Source: Eledone cirrhosa (lineage: Eukaryota). Taken from it: a stretch of DNA of 64,000 nucleotides. Made by a program: the position numbers and the translations under genes. The stretch lies in NCBI GenBank assembly GCA_964016885.1, contig OZ024741.1, positions 250,418,001 through 250,482,000 of the forward strand, read 5' to 3'. Below the pieces are notes generated by a model. It was not told where the DNA came from, made no database searches, and saw nothing but the letters and a program-made list of their open reading frames with translations. Shown piece after piece: positions 38,801-53,129 of this stretch (positions are counted from its first letter, which is position 1; every line of letters begins with the position of its first letter).

Positions 38801-41800
38801 ATCAAGGGGAGATAATTTCCAGCCGTCCAAGGGGAGATAATTTCCAGCCAGCGAAGGGGAGATAATTTTTTTTTTTAAATCAGGGGTAGATTGGTAAAAA
38901 AAAATCAGGGGGAGATAATTTGTAAAAAAATCAAGGGGAGATAATTTCCAGCCGTCGAAGGAGAGATAATTTATAGCCGTCCAAGGGGAGATAATTTCCA
39001 GCAAGCCAAGGGAGATAATATTTTAAAAAAATCAGGCGGAGATGATTTGCAAAAAAAATCAGGTGGAGATAATTTGTTAAAAAAAATCAGGGGGCGATAA
39101 TTTCCAGCCGTCCAAGGGGAGATAATTTTTTTTTTTAAATCAGGGGAGATAATTTGTAAAAAAAATCAGGGGTGATAATTTGTGAAAAAAATCAGGGGGA
39201 GATAATTTGAAAAAAAAAATCGGGGGGAGCTAATTTGTAAAAAAAAATCAGGGGGAGTTAATTTCCAGCCAGCCAAGGGGAGATATTTGTAAAAAAAAAT
39301 CAGGGAGAGATAATTTGTAAAAAAAAAATCAGGGGTAGATAATTTGTAGAAGAAATCAAGGGGAGATAATTTCCAGCCGTCCAAGGCGAGATAATTTCCA
39401 GCCGTCCAAGGGGAGATAATTTCCAGCCCTACAAGCGGCTATAATTTCCAGCCGTCCAAAGGAAGATAATTTCCAGCCAGCGAAGGGGAGATAATTTTTT
39501 TTTTAATTAGGTGGAGATTTGTAAAACAAAATATGGGGGAGATAATTTGTAAAAAAATCAAGGGGAAATAATTTCCAGCCGTCCAAAGGGAGATAATTTC
39601 CAGCCGTCCAAGGGCAGATAATTTCCAGCCGTCCAAGGAGAGGTAATATCTAGCCGTCCAAGGGGAGATAATTTCCAGCCGTCCAAGGGGAGATAATTTC
39701 CAGCCGTCCAAGGGGAGATAATTTCCAGCCGTCCAAGGAGACATAATTTCCAGCCGTCCAAGGAGAGGTAATTTCTAGCCGTCCAAGGGGAGATAAATTC
39801 CAGCCTCCAAGGGGAGATAATTTCCAGCCAGCCAAGGGTATATAATTTGTAAAAAAAATCAGGGGGAGATAATTTGTAAAAAAAAATCAGGGGGAGATAA
39901 TTTGTAAAAAAAATCAGGGGGAGATAATTTGTAAAAAAAAATCAGGGGGAGATAATTTGTAAAAAAAATCAAGGGGAGATAATTTCCAGCCGTCCAAGGG
40001 GAGATAATTTTCAGCCGTCCAAGGAGAGGTAATTTCTAGCCGTCCAAGGAGAGATAATTTCCAGCCGTCCAAGGGGAGATAATTTCCAGCCGTCCAAGGG
40101 GAGATAATTTTTTTAAAAAAATCAGGCGGAGATAAGTTGTAAAAAAAATCAGGGGGAGATAATTTGTAAAAAAAAATCAGGGGGAGATAATTTGCAAAAA
40201 AAATCAAGGGGAGATAATTTCCAGCCGTCCAAAGAGAGATAATTTCTAGCCGTCCAAGGGGAGATAATTTCCAGCCAAGGGGAGATAATTTCCAGCCGTC
40301 CAAGGGGAGATAATTTTTAAAAAATCAGGTGGAGATAATTTGTAAAAACAAAATCAAGGGCAGATAATTTCCAGCCGTCCAAGGGGAGATAATTTCCAGC
40401 AGTGCAAGGGGAGATAATTTACAGCCGTCCAAGGGGAGATAATTTCCAGCCAGCCAAGGGAAGATAATATTTAAAAAAATCAGGCGGAGATAATTTGAAA
40501 AAAAAATCAGGGGGAGATAATTTGTAAAAAAATCAGGGGGAGATAATTTGTAAAAAACATCAGGGGGAGATAATTTGTAAAAACAAAATCAAGGGCAGAT
40601 AATTTCCAGCTGTCCAAGGGGAGATAATTTCCAGCCGTGCAAGGGAAGATAATTTCCAGCCGTCCAAGGGGAGATAATTTCCCGCCAGCCAAGGGAAGAT
40701 AATTTTTAAAAAAATCAGGCGGAGATTGTAAAAAAAATCAGGGGGAGATAATTTGTAAAAAAAAATCAGGGGGAGATAATTTGTAAAAAAAATCAGGGGG
40801 AGATAATTTGTAAAAAAAAATCAGGGGGAGATAATTTGTAAAAAAATCAGGGGTAGATAATTTGTAAAAAAAAATCAGGGGGAGATAATTTGTAAAAAAA
40901 ATCAAGGGGAGATAATTTGCAGCCGTCCAAAGAGAGATAATTTCTAGACGTCCAAGGGGAGATAATTTCCAGCCGTCCAAGGGGAGATAATTTCCAGCCC
41001 TCCAAGGGGAGATAATTTTTTAAAATATCAGGTGGAGATAATTTGTAAAAAAATCAGGGGGAGATAATTTGTAAAAACAAAATCAAGGGCAGATAATTTC
41101 CAGCCGTCCAAGGGGAGATTATTTCCCGCCAGCCAAGGGAAGATAATTTTAAAAAAAATCAGACGGAGATAATTTGTAGAAAAATCAGGGGGAGATAATT
41201 TCCAGCCGTCCAAGGGGAGATAATTTTCAGCCGTGCAAGGAGAGGTAATTTCTAGCCGTCCAAGGGGAGATAATTTCCAGCCGTGCAAGGGGAGATAATT
41301 TCCAGCCGTCCAAAGAGAGATAATTTCTAGCCGTCCAATGGGAGATAATTTCCAGCCGTTCAAGGGGATATAATTTCCAGCCGTCCAAGGAGAGGTAATT
41401 TCAAGCCGTCCAAGGAGAGGTAATTTCCAGCCCTCCAAGGGGAGATAAATTCCAGCCTCCAAGGGGAGATAATTTCCAGCCAGCCAAGGGGAGATAATTT
41501 GTATAAAAATCAGGGGGAGATAATTTGTAAAAAAAAATCAGGGGGAGATAATTTGTAAAAAAAAATCAGGGGGAGATAATTTGTAAAAAAAAATCAGGGG
41601 GAGATAATTTGTAAAAAAAATCAAGGGGAGATAATTTTCAGCCGTCCAAGGGGAGATAATTTTCAGCCGTCCAAGGAGAGGTAATTTCTAGCCGTCCAAG
41701 GGGATATAATTTCCAGCCGTCCAAGGGGAGATAATTTCCAGCCGTCCAAGGGGAGATAATTTTTAAAAAAAATCAGGCGGAGATAATTTGTAAAAAATAA

Positions 41801-44800
41801 ATCAGGGGGAGATAATTTGTAAAAAAAAATCAGGGGGAGATAATTTCCAGCCGTCCAAGGGAAGATAACTTCCAGCCCTCCAAGGGGCTATAATTTCCAG
41901 CGTCTAAGGGGAGATAATTTCCAGCCAGCGAAGGGGAGATAATTTTTTTAAAAAATCACTGGGAGATTTGTAAAAAAAATCAGGGGGAGATAATTTGTAA
42001 AAAAAATCAAGGGGAGATAATTTCCAGCCGTCCAAAGAGAGATAATTTCTAGCCGTCCAAGGGGAGATAATTTCCAGCCAAGGGGAGATAATTTCCAGCC
42101 GTCCAAGGGGAGATAATTTCCAGCCGTGCAAGGGGAGATAATTTCCAGCCGTCCAAGGGGAGATAATTTCCATCCTTCCAAGGGGAGATAATTTCCAGCC
42201 GTCCAAGGGGAGATTATTTCCCGCCAGCCAAGGGTAGATAATATTTAAAAAAATCAGGCGGAGATAATTTGTAAAATAAATCAGGGGGAGATAATTTGTA
42301 AAAAATCAGGGGGAGATAATTTGTAAAAAAGATCAGGGGGAGATAATTTGTAAAAAAAAAAATCAGGGGGAGATAAATTGTAAAAAAAATCAAGGGGAGA
42401 TAATTTTCAGCCGTCCAAGGAGGGCTAATTTCTAGCCGTCCAAGGGGAGATAATTTCCAGCCGTCCAATGGGAGATAATTTCCAGCCGTCAAAGGGGAGA
42501 TAATTTTTTTTTAAAAATCAGGCGGAGATAATTTGTAAAAAAAAATCAGGAGGAGATAATTTGTAAAAAAAAATCAGGGGGAGATAATTTGTAAAAAAAT
42601 CAAGGGGAGATAATTTCCAGCCGTCCAAGGGAAGATAATTTCCAGCCTCCAAGGGGCTATAATTTCCAGCGTCCAAGGGGAGATAATTTCCAGCCAGCGA
42701 AGGGGAGATAATTTTTTTTAAAAAATCACTGGGAGATTTGTAAAAAAAATCAGGGGGAGATAATTTGTAAAAAGAATCAAGGGGAGATAATTTCCAGCCG
42801 TCCAAAGAGAGATAATTTCTAGCCGTCCAAGGGGAGATAATTTCCAGCCAAGGGGAGATAATTTCCAGCCGCCCAAGGGGAGATAATTTTTTAAAATATA
42901 GGTGGAGATAATTTGTAAAAAAATTAGGGGGAGTTAATTTGTAAAAACAAAATCAAGGGCAGATAATTTCCAGCCGTCCAAGGGGAGATAATTTCCAGCC
43001 GTGCAAGGGGAGATAATTTGTAAAAAAAATCAGGGGGAGATAATTTGTAAAAAAAAATCAGGGGGAGATGATTTGTAAAAAAAATCAAGGGGAGATAATT
43101 TCCAGCCAGCGAAGGGGAGATAGTTTTTTTTAAAAAATCACTGGAAATTTGTAAAAAAAATCAGGGGGAGATAATTTGTAAAAAAATCAAGGGGAGATAA
43201 TTTCCAGCCGTCCAAAGAGAGATAATTTCTAGCCGTCCAAGGGGAGATAATTTCCAGCCAAGGGGAGATAATTTCCAGCCGTCCAAGGGGAGATAATTTT
43301 TTAAAAAATCAGGTGGAGATAATTTGTAAAAAAAATCAGGGGATGATAATTTGTAAAAACAAAATCAAGGGCAGATAATTTCTAGCCGTCCAAGGGGAGA
43401 TAATTTCCAGCAGTGCAAGGGGAGATAATTTCCAGCCGTCCAAGGGGAGATAATTTCCATCCTTCCAAGGGAAGATAATTTCCAGCCGTCCAAGGGGAGA
43501 TAATTTCCCGCCAGCCAAGGGAAGATAATATTTAAAAAAATCAGGCGGAGATAATTTGTAAAAAAAATCAGGGGGAGATAATTTGTAAAAAAATCAGGGG
43601 GAGATAATTTGTAAAAAAAAAATCAGGGGGAGATAATTTGTAAAAAAAATCAGGGGGAGATAATTTGTAAAAAAAAATCAGGGGGAGATAATTTGTAAAA
43701 AAATCAGGGGTAGATAATTTGTAAAAAAAATCAAGGGGAGATAATTTCCAGCCAGCGAAGGGGAGATAATTTTTTTTTTTAAATCAGGGGTAGATTGGTA
43801 AAAAAAAATCAGGGGGAGATAATTTGTAAAAAAATCAAGGGGAGATAATTTCCAGCCGTCAAAGGAGAGATAATTTATAGCCGTCCAAGGGGAGATAATT
43901 TCCAGCAAGCCAAGGGAGATAATATTTTAAAAAAATCAGGCGGAGATGATTTGTAAAAAAAATCAGGTGGAGATAATTTGTTAAAAAAAATCAGGGGGCG
44001 ATAATTTCCAGCCGTCCAAGGGGAGATAATTTCCAGCCGTCCAAGGGGAGATAATTTTATTTTTTAAATCAGGGGAGATAATTTGTAAAAAAAATCAGGG
44101 GGAGATAATTTGTGAAAAAAATCAGGGGGAGATAATTTGTAAAAAAAATCAGGGGGAGCTAATTTGTAAAAAAATATCAGGGGGAGATAATTTCCAGCCA
44201 GCCAAGGGGAGATAATTTCCAGCCAGCCAAGGGGAGATATTTGTAAAAAAAAATCAGGGAGAGATAATTTGTAAAAAAAAAATCAGGGGTAGATAATTTG
44301 TAGAAGAAATCAAGGGGAGATAATTTCCAGCCGTCCAAGGGGAGATAATTTCCATCCAGCCAAGGGGAGATAATTTTTTTTTAAAAATCAGGCGGAGATA
44401 ATTTGTAAAAAAAAATCAGGGTGAGATACTTAGTAAAAAAAATCAAGGGGAGATAATTTCTAGCCGTCCAAGGGGAGATAATTTCCAGCCCTACAAGCGG
44501 CTATAATTTCCAGCCGTCCAAAGGAAGATAATTTCCAGCCAGCGAAGGGGAGATAATTTTTTTTTTAATTAGGTGGAGATTTGTAAAAAAAAATCAGGGG
44601 GAGATAATTTGTAAAAAACATCAAGGGGAACTAATTTCCAGCCGTCCAAGGGGAGATAATTTCCAGCCGTCCAAGGGCAGATAATTTCCAGCCGTCCAAG
44701 GAGAGGTAATATCAAGCCGTCCAAGGGGAGATAATTTCCAGCCGTCCAAGGGGAGATAATTTCCAGCCGTCCAAGGGGAGATAATTTCCAGCCGTCCAAG

Positions 44801-47800
44801 GAGACATAATTTCCAGCCGTCCAAGGAGAGGTAATTTCTAGCCGTCAAAGGGGAGATAAATTCCAGCCTCCAAGGGGAGATAATTTCCAGCCAGCCAAGG
44901 GGATATAATTTGTAAAAAAAATCAGGGGGAGATAATTTGTAAAAAAAAATCAGGGCGAGATAATTTGTAAAAAAAATCAGGGGGAGATAATTTGTAAAAA
45001 AAAATCAGGGGGAGATAATTTGTAAAAAAATCATGGGGAGATATTTTCCAGACGTCCAAGGGGAGATAATTTTCAGCCGTCCAAGGAGAGGTAATTTCTA
45101 GCCGTCCAAGGGGAGATAATTTCCAGCCGTCCAAGGGCAGATAATTTCCAGCCGTCCAAGGGGAGATAATTTTTTTAAAAAAATCAGGCGGAGATAATTT
45201 GTAAAAAAAAATCAGGGGGAGATAATTTGTAAAAAAAAATCGGGGAGATAATTTGTAAAAACAAATCAGGGGGAGATAATATGTAAAAAAATCAAGGGGA
45301 GATAATTTCCAGCCGTCCAAGGGAAGATAATTTCCAGCCCTCCAAGGGGCTATAATTTCCAGCCAGCGAAAGGGAGATAATTTTTTTTAAAAAATCACTG
45401 GGAGATTTGTAAAAAAAATCAGGGGGAGATAATTTGTAAAAAAAATCAAGGGGAGATAATTTCCAGCCGTCCAAAGAGAGATAATTTCTAGCCGTCCAAG
45501 GGGAGATAATTTCCAGCCGTGCAAGGGGAGATAATTTCCAGCCGTCCAAGGGGAGATAATTTCCATCCTTCCAAGGGGAGATAATTTCCAGCCGTCCAAG
45601 GGGAGATTATTTCCAAGGGAAGATAATATTTAAAAAAATCAGGCGGAGATAATTTGTAAAATAAATCAGGGGGAGATAATTTGTAAAAAAAAAATCAGGG
45701 GGAGATAATTTGTAAAAAAGTCAGGGAGATAATTTGTAAAAAAAAATCAGGGGTAGATAATATGTAAAATAAAATCAGGGGGAGATAATTTGTAAAAAAA
45801 AAAATCAGGGGGAGATAATTTGTAAAAAAAATCAAGGGGAGATAATTTTCAGCCGTCCAAGGAGAGGTAATTTCTAGCCGTCCAAGGGGAGATCATTTCC
45901 AGCCGTCCAAGGGGAGATAATTTCCAGCCGTCCAAGGGGAGATAATTTTTAAAAAAAAATCAGGGGGAGATAATTTGTAAAAAAAAATCAGGGGGAGATA
46001 ATTTGTAAAAAAAATCAAGGGGAGATAATTTCCAGCCGTCCAAGGGAAGATAATTTCCAGCCTCCAAGGGGCTATAATTTCCAGCGTCCAAGGGGAGATA
46101 ATTTTTTTTTTTAAATCAGGGGAGATAATTTGTAAAAAAAATCAGGGGTGATAATTTGTGAAAAAAATCAGGGGGAGATAATTTGAAAAAAAAAATCAGG
46201 GGGAGCTAATTTGTAAAAAAAAATCAGGGGGAGTTAATTTCCAGCCAGCCAAGGGGAGATATTTGTAAAAAAAAATCAGGGAGAGATAATTTGTAAAAAA
46301 AAAATCAGGGGTAGATAATTTGTAGAAGAAATCAAGGGGAGATAATTTCCAGCCGTCCAAGGCGAGATAATTTCCAGCCGTCCAAGGGGAGATAATTTCC
46401 AGCCCTACAAGCGGCTATAATTTCCAGCCGTCCAAAGGAAGATAATTTCCAGCCAGCGAAGGGGAGATAATTTTTTTTTTAATTAGGTGGAGATTTGTAA
46501 AACAAAATATGGGGGAGATAATTTGTAAAAAAAATCAAGGGGAAATAATTTCCAGCCGTCCAAAGGGAGATAATTTCCAGCCGTCCAAGGGCAGATAATT
46601 TCCAGCCGTCCAAGGAGAGGTAATATCTAGCCGTCCAAGGGGAGATAATTTCCAGCCGTCCAAGGGGAGATAATTTCCAGCCGTCCAAGGGGAGATAATT
46701 TCCAGCCGTCCAAGGAGACATAATTTCCAGCCGTCCAAGGAGAGGTAATTTCTAGCCGTCCAAGGGGAGATAAATTCCAGCCTCCAAGGGGAGATAATTT
46801 CCAGCCAGCCAAGGGTATATAATTTGTAAAAAAAATCAGGGGGAGATAATTTGTAAAAAAAAATCAGGGGGAGATAATTTGTAAAAAAAATCAGGGGGAG
46901 ATAATTTGTAAAAAAAAATCAGGGGGAGATAATTTGTAAAAAAAATCAAGGGGAGATAATTTCCAGCCGTCCAAGGGGAGATAATTTTCAGCCGTCCAAG
47001 GAGAGGTAATTTCTAGCCGTCCAAGGAGAGATAATTTCCAGCCGTCCAAGGGGAGATAATTTCCAGCCGTCCAAGGGGAGATAATTTTTTTAAAAAAATC
47101 AGGCGGAGATAAGTTGTAAAAAAAATCAGGGGGAGATAATTTGTAAAAAAAAATCAGGGGGAGATAATTTGTAAAAAAAATCAAGGGGAGATAATTTCCA
47201 GCCGTCCAAAGAGAGATAATTTCTAGCCGTCCAAGGGGAGATAATTTCCAGCCAAGGGGAGATAATTTCCAGCCGTCCAAGGGGAGATAATTTTTAAAAA
47301 ATCAGGTGGAGATAATTTGTAAAAACAAAATCAAGGGCAGATAATTTCCAGCCGTCCAAGGGGAGATAATTTCCAGCAGTGCAAGGGGAGATAATTTCCA
47401 GCCGTCCAAGGGGAGATAATTTCCAGCCAGCCAAGGGAAGATAATATTTAAAAAAATCAGGCGGAGATAATTTGAAAAAAAAATCAGGGGGAGATAATTT
47501 GTAAAAAAATCAGGGGGAGATAATTTGTAAAAAACATCAGGGGGAGATAATTTGTAAAAACAAAATCAAGGGCAGATAATTTCCAGCTGTCCAAGGGGAG
47601 ATAATTTCCAGCCGTGCAAGGGAAGATAATTTCCAGCCGTCCAAGGGGAGATAATTTCCCGCCAGCCAAGGGAAGATAATTTTTAAAAAAATCAGGCGGA
47701 GATTGTAAAAAAAATCAGGGGGAGATAATTTGTAAAAAAAAATCAGGGGGAGATAATTTGTAAAAAAAATCAGGGGGAGATAATTTGTAAAAAAAAATCA

Positions 47801-50800
47801 GGGGGAGATAATTTGTAAAAAAAATCAGGGGTAGATAATTTGTAAAAAAAAATCAGGGGGAGATAATTTGTAAAAAAAATCAAGGGGAGATAATTTGCAG
47901 CCGTCCAAGGGGAGATAATTTCCAGCCGTCCAAAGAGAGATAATTTCTAGACGTCCAAGGGGAGATAATTTCCAGCCGTCCAAGGGGAGATAATTTCCAG
48001 CCCTCCAAGGGGAGATAATTTTTTAAAATATCAGGTGGAGATAATTTGTAAAAAAATCAGGGGGAGATAATTTGTAAAAACAAAATCAAGGGCAGATAAT
48101 TTCCAGCCGTCCAAGGGGAGATAATTTCCCGCCAGCCAAGGGAAGATAATTTAAAAAAAAATCAGACGGAGATAATTTGTAGAAAAATCAGGGGGAGATA
48201 ATTTCCAGCCGTCCAAGGGGAGATAATTTTCAGCCGTGCAAGGAGAGGTAATTTCTAGCCGTCCAAGGGGAGATAATTTCCAGCCGTGCAAGGGGAGATA
48301 ATTTCCAGCCGTCCAAAGAGAGATAATTTCTAGCCGTCCAATGGGAGATAATTTCCAGCCGTTCAAGGGGATATAATTTCCAGCTGTCCAAGGAGAGGTA
48401 ATTTCAAGCCGTCCAAGGGGAGATAATTTCCAGCCCTCCAAGGGGAGATAAATTCCAGCCTCCAAGGGGAGATAATTTGTATAAAAATCAGGGGGAGATA
48501 ATTTGTAAAAAAAAATCAGGGGGAGATAATTTGTAAAAAAAAATCAGGGGGAGATAATTTGTAAAAAAAAATCAGGGGGAGATAATTTGTAAAAAAAATC
48601 AAGGGGAGATAATTTTCAGCCGTCCAAGGGGAGATAATTTTCAGCCGTCCAAGGAGAGGTAATTTCTAGCCGTCCAAGGGGATATAATTTCCAGCCGTCC
48701 AAGGGGAGATAATTTCCAGCCGTCCAAGGAGAGATAATTTTTAAAAAAAATCAGGCGGAGATAATTTGTAAAAAATAAATCAGGGGGAGATAATTTGTAA
48801 AAAAAAATCAGGGGGAGATAATTTCCAGCCGTCCAAGGGAAGATAACTTCCAGCCCTCCAAGGGGCTATAATTTCCAGCGTCCAAGGGGAGATAATTTCC
48901 AGCCAGCGAAGGGGAGATAATTTTTTTAAAAAATCACTGGGAGATTTGTAAAAAAAATCAGGGGGAGATAATTTGTAAAAAAAATCAAGGGGAGATAATT
49001 TCCAGCCGTCCAAAGAGAGATAATTTCTAGCCGTCCAAGGGGAGATAATTTCCAGCCAAGGGGAGATAATTTCCAGCCGTCCAAGGGGAGATAATTTCCA
49101 GCCGTGCAAGGGGAGATAATTTCCAGCCGTCCAAGGGGAGATAATTTCCATCCTTCCAAGGGGAGATAATTTCCAGCCGTCCAAGGGGAGATTATTTCCC
49201 GCCAGCCAAGGGAAGATAATATTTAAAAAAATCAGGCGGAGATAATTTGTAAAATAAATCAGGGGGAGATAATTTGTAAAAAATCAGGGGGAGATAATTT
49301 GTAAAAAAGATCAGGGGGAGATAATTTGTAAAAAAAAAAATCAGGGGGAGATAAATTGTAAAAAAAATCAAGGGGAGATAATTTTCAGCCGTCCAAGGAG
49401 GGCTAATTTCTAGCCGTCCAAGGGGAGATAATTTCCAGCCGTCCAAGGGGAGATAATTTCCAGCCGTCAAAGGGGAGATAATTTTTTTTAAAAAATCAGG
49501 CGGAGATAATTTGTAAAAAAAAATCAGGAGGAGATAATTTGTAAAAAAAAATCAGGGGGAGATAATTTGTAAAAAAATCAAGGGGAGATAATTTCCAGCC
49601 GTCCAAGGGAAGATAATTTCCAGCCTCCAAGGGGCTATAATTTCCAGCGTCCAAGGGGAGATAATTTCCAGCCAGCGAAGGGGAGATAATTTTTTTTAAA
49701 AAATCACTGGGAGATTTGTAAAAAAAATCAGGGGGAGATAATTTGTAAAAAGAATCAAGGGGAGATAATTTCCAGCCGTCCAAAGAGAGATAATTTCTAG
49801 CCGTCCAAGGGGAGATAATTTCCAGCCAAGGGGAGATAATTTCCAGCCGCCCAAGGGGAGATAATTTTTTAAAATATAGGTGTAGACAATTTGTAAAAAA
49901 ATTAGGGGGAGATAATTTGTAAAAACAAAATCAAGGGCAGATAATTTCCAGCCGTCCAAGGGGAGATAATTTCCAGCCGTGCAAGGGGAGATAATTTGTA
50001 AAAAAAATCAGGGGGAGATAATTTGTAAAAAAAAATCAGGGGGAGATGATTTGTAAAAAAAATCAAGGGGAGATAATTTCCAGCCAGCGAAGGGGAGATA
50101 GTTTTTTTTAAAAAATCACTGGAAATTTGTAAAAAAAATCAGGGGGAGATAATTTGTAAAAAAAAACAAGGGGAGATAATTTCCAGCCGTCCAAAGAGAG
50201 ATAATTTCTAGCCGTCCAAGGGGAGATTATTTCCAGCCAAGGGGAGATAATTTCCAGCCGTCCAAGGGGAGATAATTTTTTAAAAAATCAGGTGGAGATA
50301 ATTTGTAAAAAAAATCAGGGGATGATAATTTGTAAAAACAAAATCAAGGGCAGATAATTTCTAGCCGTCCAAGGGGAGATAATTTCCAGCAGTGCAAGGG
50401 GAGATAATTTCCAGCCGTCCAAGGGGAGATAATTTCCATCCTTCCAAGGGAAGATAATTTCCAGCCGTCCAAGGGGAGATAATTTCCCGCCAGCCAAGGG
50501 AAGATAATATTTAAAAAAATCAGGCGGAGATAATTTGTAAAAAAAATCAGGGGGAGATAATTTGTAAAAAAATCAGGGGGAGATAATTTGTAAAAAAAAA
50601 ATCAGGGGGAGATAATTTGTAAAAAAAATCAGGGGGAGATAATTTGTAAAAAAAAATCAGGGGGAGATAATTTGTAAAAAAATCAGGGGTAGATAATTTG
50701 TAAAAAAAATCAAGGGGAGATAATTTCCAGCCGTCCAAGGGGAGATAATTTCCAGCCAGCGAAGGGGAGATAATTTTTTTTTTTAAATCAGGGGTAGATT

Positions 50801-52000
50801 GGTAAAAAAAAATCAGGGGGAGATAATTTGTAAAAAAATCAAGGGGAGATAATTTCCAGCCGTCAAAGGAGAGATAATTTATAGCCGTCCAAGGGGAGAT
50901 AATTTCCAGCAAGCCAAGGGAGATAATATTTTTAAAAAATCAGGCGGAGATGATTTGTAAAAAAAATCAGGTGGAGATAATTTGTTAAAAAAAATCAGGG
51001 GGCGATAATTTCCAGCCGTCCAAGGGGAGATAATTTCCAGCCGTCCAAGGGGAGATAATTTTATTTTTTAAATCAGGGGAGATAATTTGTAAAAAAAATC
51101 AGGGGGAGATAATTTGTGAAAAAAATCAGGGGGAGATAATTTGTAAAAAAAATCAGGGGGAGCTAATTTGTAAAAAAATATCAGGGGGAGATAATTTCCA
51201 GCCAGCCAAGGGGAGATAATTTCCAGCCAGCCAAGGGGAGATATTTGTAAAAAAAAATCAGGGAGAGATAATTTGTAAAAAAAAAATCAGGGGTAGATAA
51301 TTTGTAGAAGAAATCAAGGGGAGATAATTTCCAGCCGTCCAAGGGGAGATAATTTCCATCCAGCCAAGGGGAGATAATTTTTTTTTAAAAATCAGGCGGA
51401 GATAATTTGTAAAAAAAAATCAGGGTGAGATACTTAGTAAAAAAAATCAAGGGGAGATAATTTCTAGCCGTCCAAGGGGAGATAATTTCCAGCCCTACAA
51501 GCGGCTATAATTTCCAGCCGTCCAAAGGAAGATAATTTCCAGCCAGCGAAGGGGAGATAATTTTTTTTTTAATTAGGTGGAGATTTGTAAAAAAAAATCA
51601 GGGGGAGATAATTTGTAAAAAACATCAAGGGGAACTAATTTCCAGCCGTCCAAGGGGAGATAATTTCCAGCCGTCCAAGGGCAGATAATTTCCAGCCGTC
51701 CAAGGAGAGGTAATATCTAGCCGTCCAAGGGGAGATAATTTCCAGCCGTCCAAGGGGAGATAATTTCCAGCCGTCCAAGGGGAGATAATTTCCAGCCGTC
51801 CAAGGAGACATAATTTCCAGCCGTCCAAGGAGAGGTAATTTCTAGCCGTCAAAGGGGAGATAAATTCCAGCCTCCAAGGGGAGATAATTTCCAGCCAGCC
51901 AAGGGGATATAATTTGTAAAAAAAATCAGGGGGAGATAATTTGTAAAAAAAAATCAGGGGGAGATAATTTGTAAAAAAAATCAGGGGGAGATAATTTGTA
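32840..52000. repeat. Large HOR with about 2.6 tandem copies: about 8.0 kb, about 7.0 kb, and a partial third
   Basis: TAGACGTCC occurs at 32901, 40945 and 47948 (8044 and 7003 bp apart). ORF pairs are offset 7749-8044 bp (copy 1 vs 2) and 6977-7004 bp (39.9-44.8 kb vs 46.9-51.9 kb). Confidence 0.9.
33142..33441 (+). repeat. Representative type A block: 12 tandem 24-25-bp monomers, consensus AAGGGGAGATAATTTCCAGCCGTCC
   Basis: Counted directly. Another 12-unit A run lies at about 60790-61088. Confidence 0.95.
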
Positions 52001-53129
52001 AAAAAAAATCAGGGGGAGATAATTTGTAAAAAAAATCAAGGGGAGATAATTTCCAGCCGTCCAAGGGGAGATAATTTTCAGCCGTCCAAGGAGAGGTAAT
52101 TTCTAGCCGTCCAAGGAGAGATAATTTCCAGCCGTCCAAGGGGAGATAATATCCAGCCGTCCAAGGGGAGATAATTTTTTAAAAAAAATCAGGCGGAGAT
52201 AAGTTGTAAAAAAAATCAGGGGGAGATAATTTGTAAAAAAAAATCAGGGGGAGATAATTTGTAAAAAAAAATCAGGGGGAGATAATTTGTAAAAAAAATC
52301 AAGGGGAGATAATTTCCAGCCGTCCAAAGAGATAATTTCTAGCCGTCCAAGGGGAGATAATTTCCAGCCAAGGGGAGATAATTTCCAGCCGTCCAAGGGG
52401 AGATAATTTTTAAAGAATCAGGTGGATATAATTTGTAAAAAAAATCAGGGGAAGATAATTTGTATAAACAAAATCAAGGGCAGATAATTTCCAGCCGTCC
52501 AAGGGGAGATAATTTCCAGCAGTGCAAGGGGAGATAATTTCCAGCCGTCCAAGGGGAGATAATTTCCATCCTTCCAAGGGGAGATAATTTCCAGCCGTCC
52601 AAGGGGAGATAATTTCCCGCCAGCCAAGGGAAGATAATATTTAAAAAAATCAGGCGGAGATAATTTGAAAAAAAAATCAGGGGGAGATAATTTGTAAAAA
52701 AATCAGGGGGAGATAATTTGTAAAAAAAAAATCAGGGGGAGATAATTTGTAAAAAAAATCAGGGGGAGATAATTTGTAAAAAAAAATCAGGGGTAGATAA
52801 TTTGTAAAAAAAAATCAGGGGGAGATAATTTGTAAAAAAAAATCAAGGGGAGATAATTTCCAGCCGTCCAAAGAGAGATAATTTAAAAAAAAAATCAGGC
52901 GGAGATAATTTGTAAAAAAAAATCAGGGGCAGATAATTTGTAAAAAAAATCAGGGGGAGATAATTTGTAAAAAAAATCAAGGGGAGATAATTTCCAGCCG
53001 TCCAAGGGAAGATAATTTCCAGCCAAGGGGAGATAATTTCCAGCCGTCCAAGGGGAGATAATTTTTTAAAAAATCAGGTGGCGATAATTTGTAAAAAAAA
53101 TCAGGGGGAGATAATTTGTAAAAACAAAA

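Noticed and set aside
45598-45620. Unusually short 17-bp monomer (TTATTTCCAAGGG)
   Set aside because: It is a single 8-bp deletion between CC dinucleotides in the CCCGCCAGCC variant. It is seen once, with no sign of wider significance.
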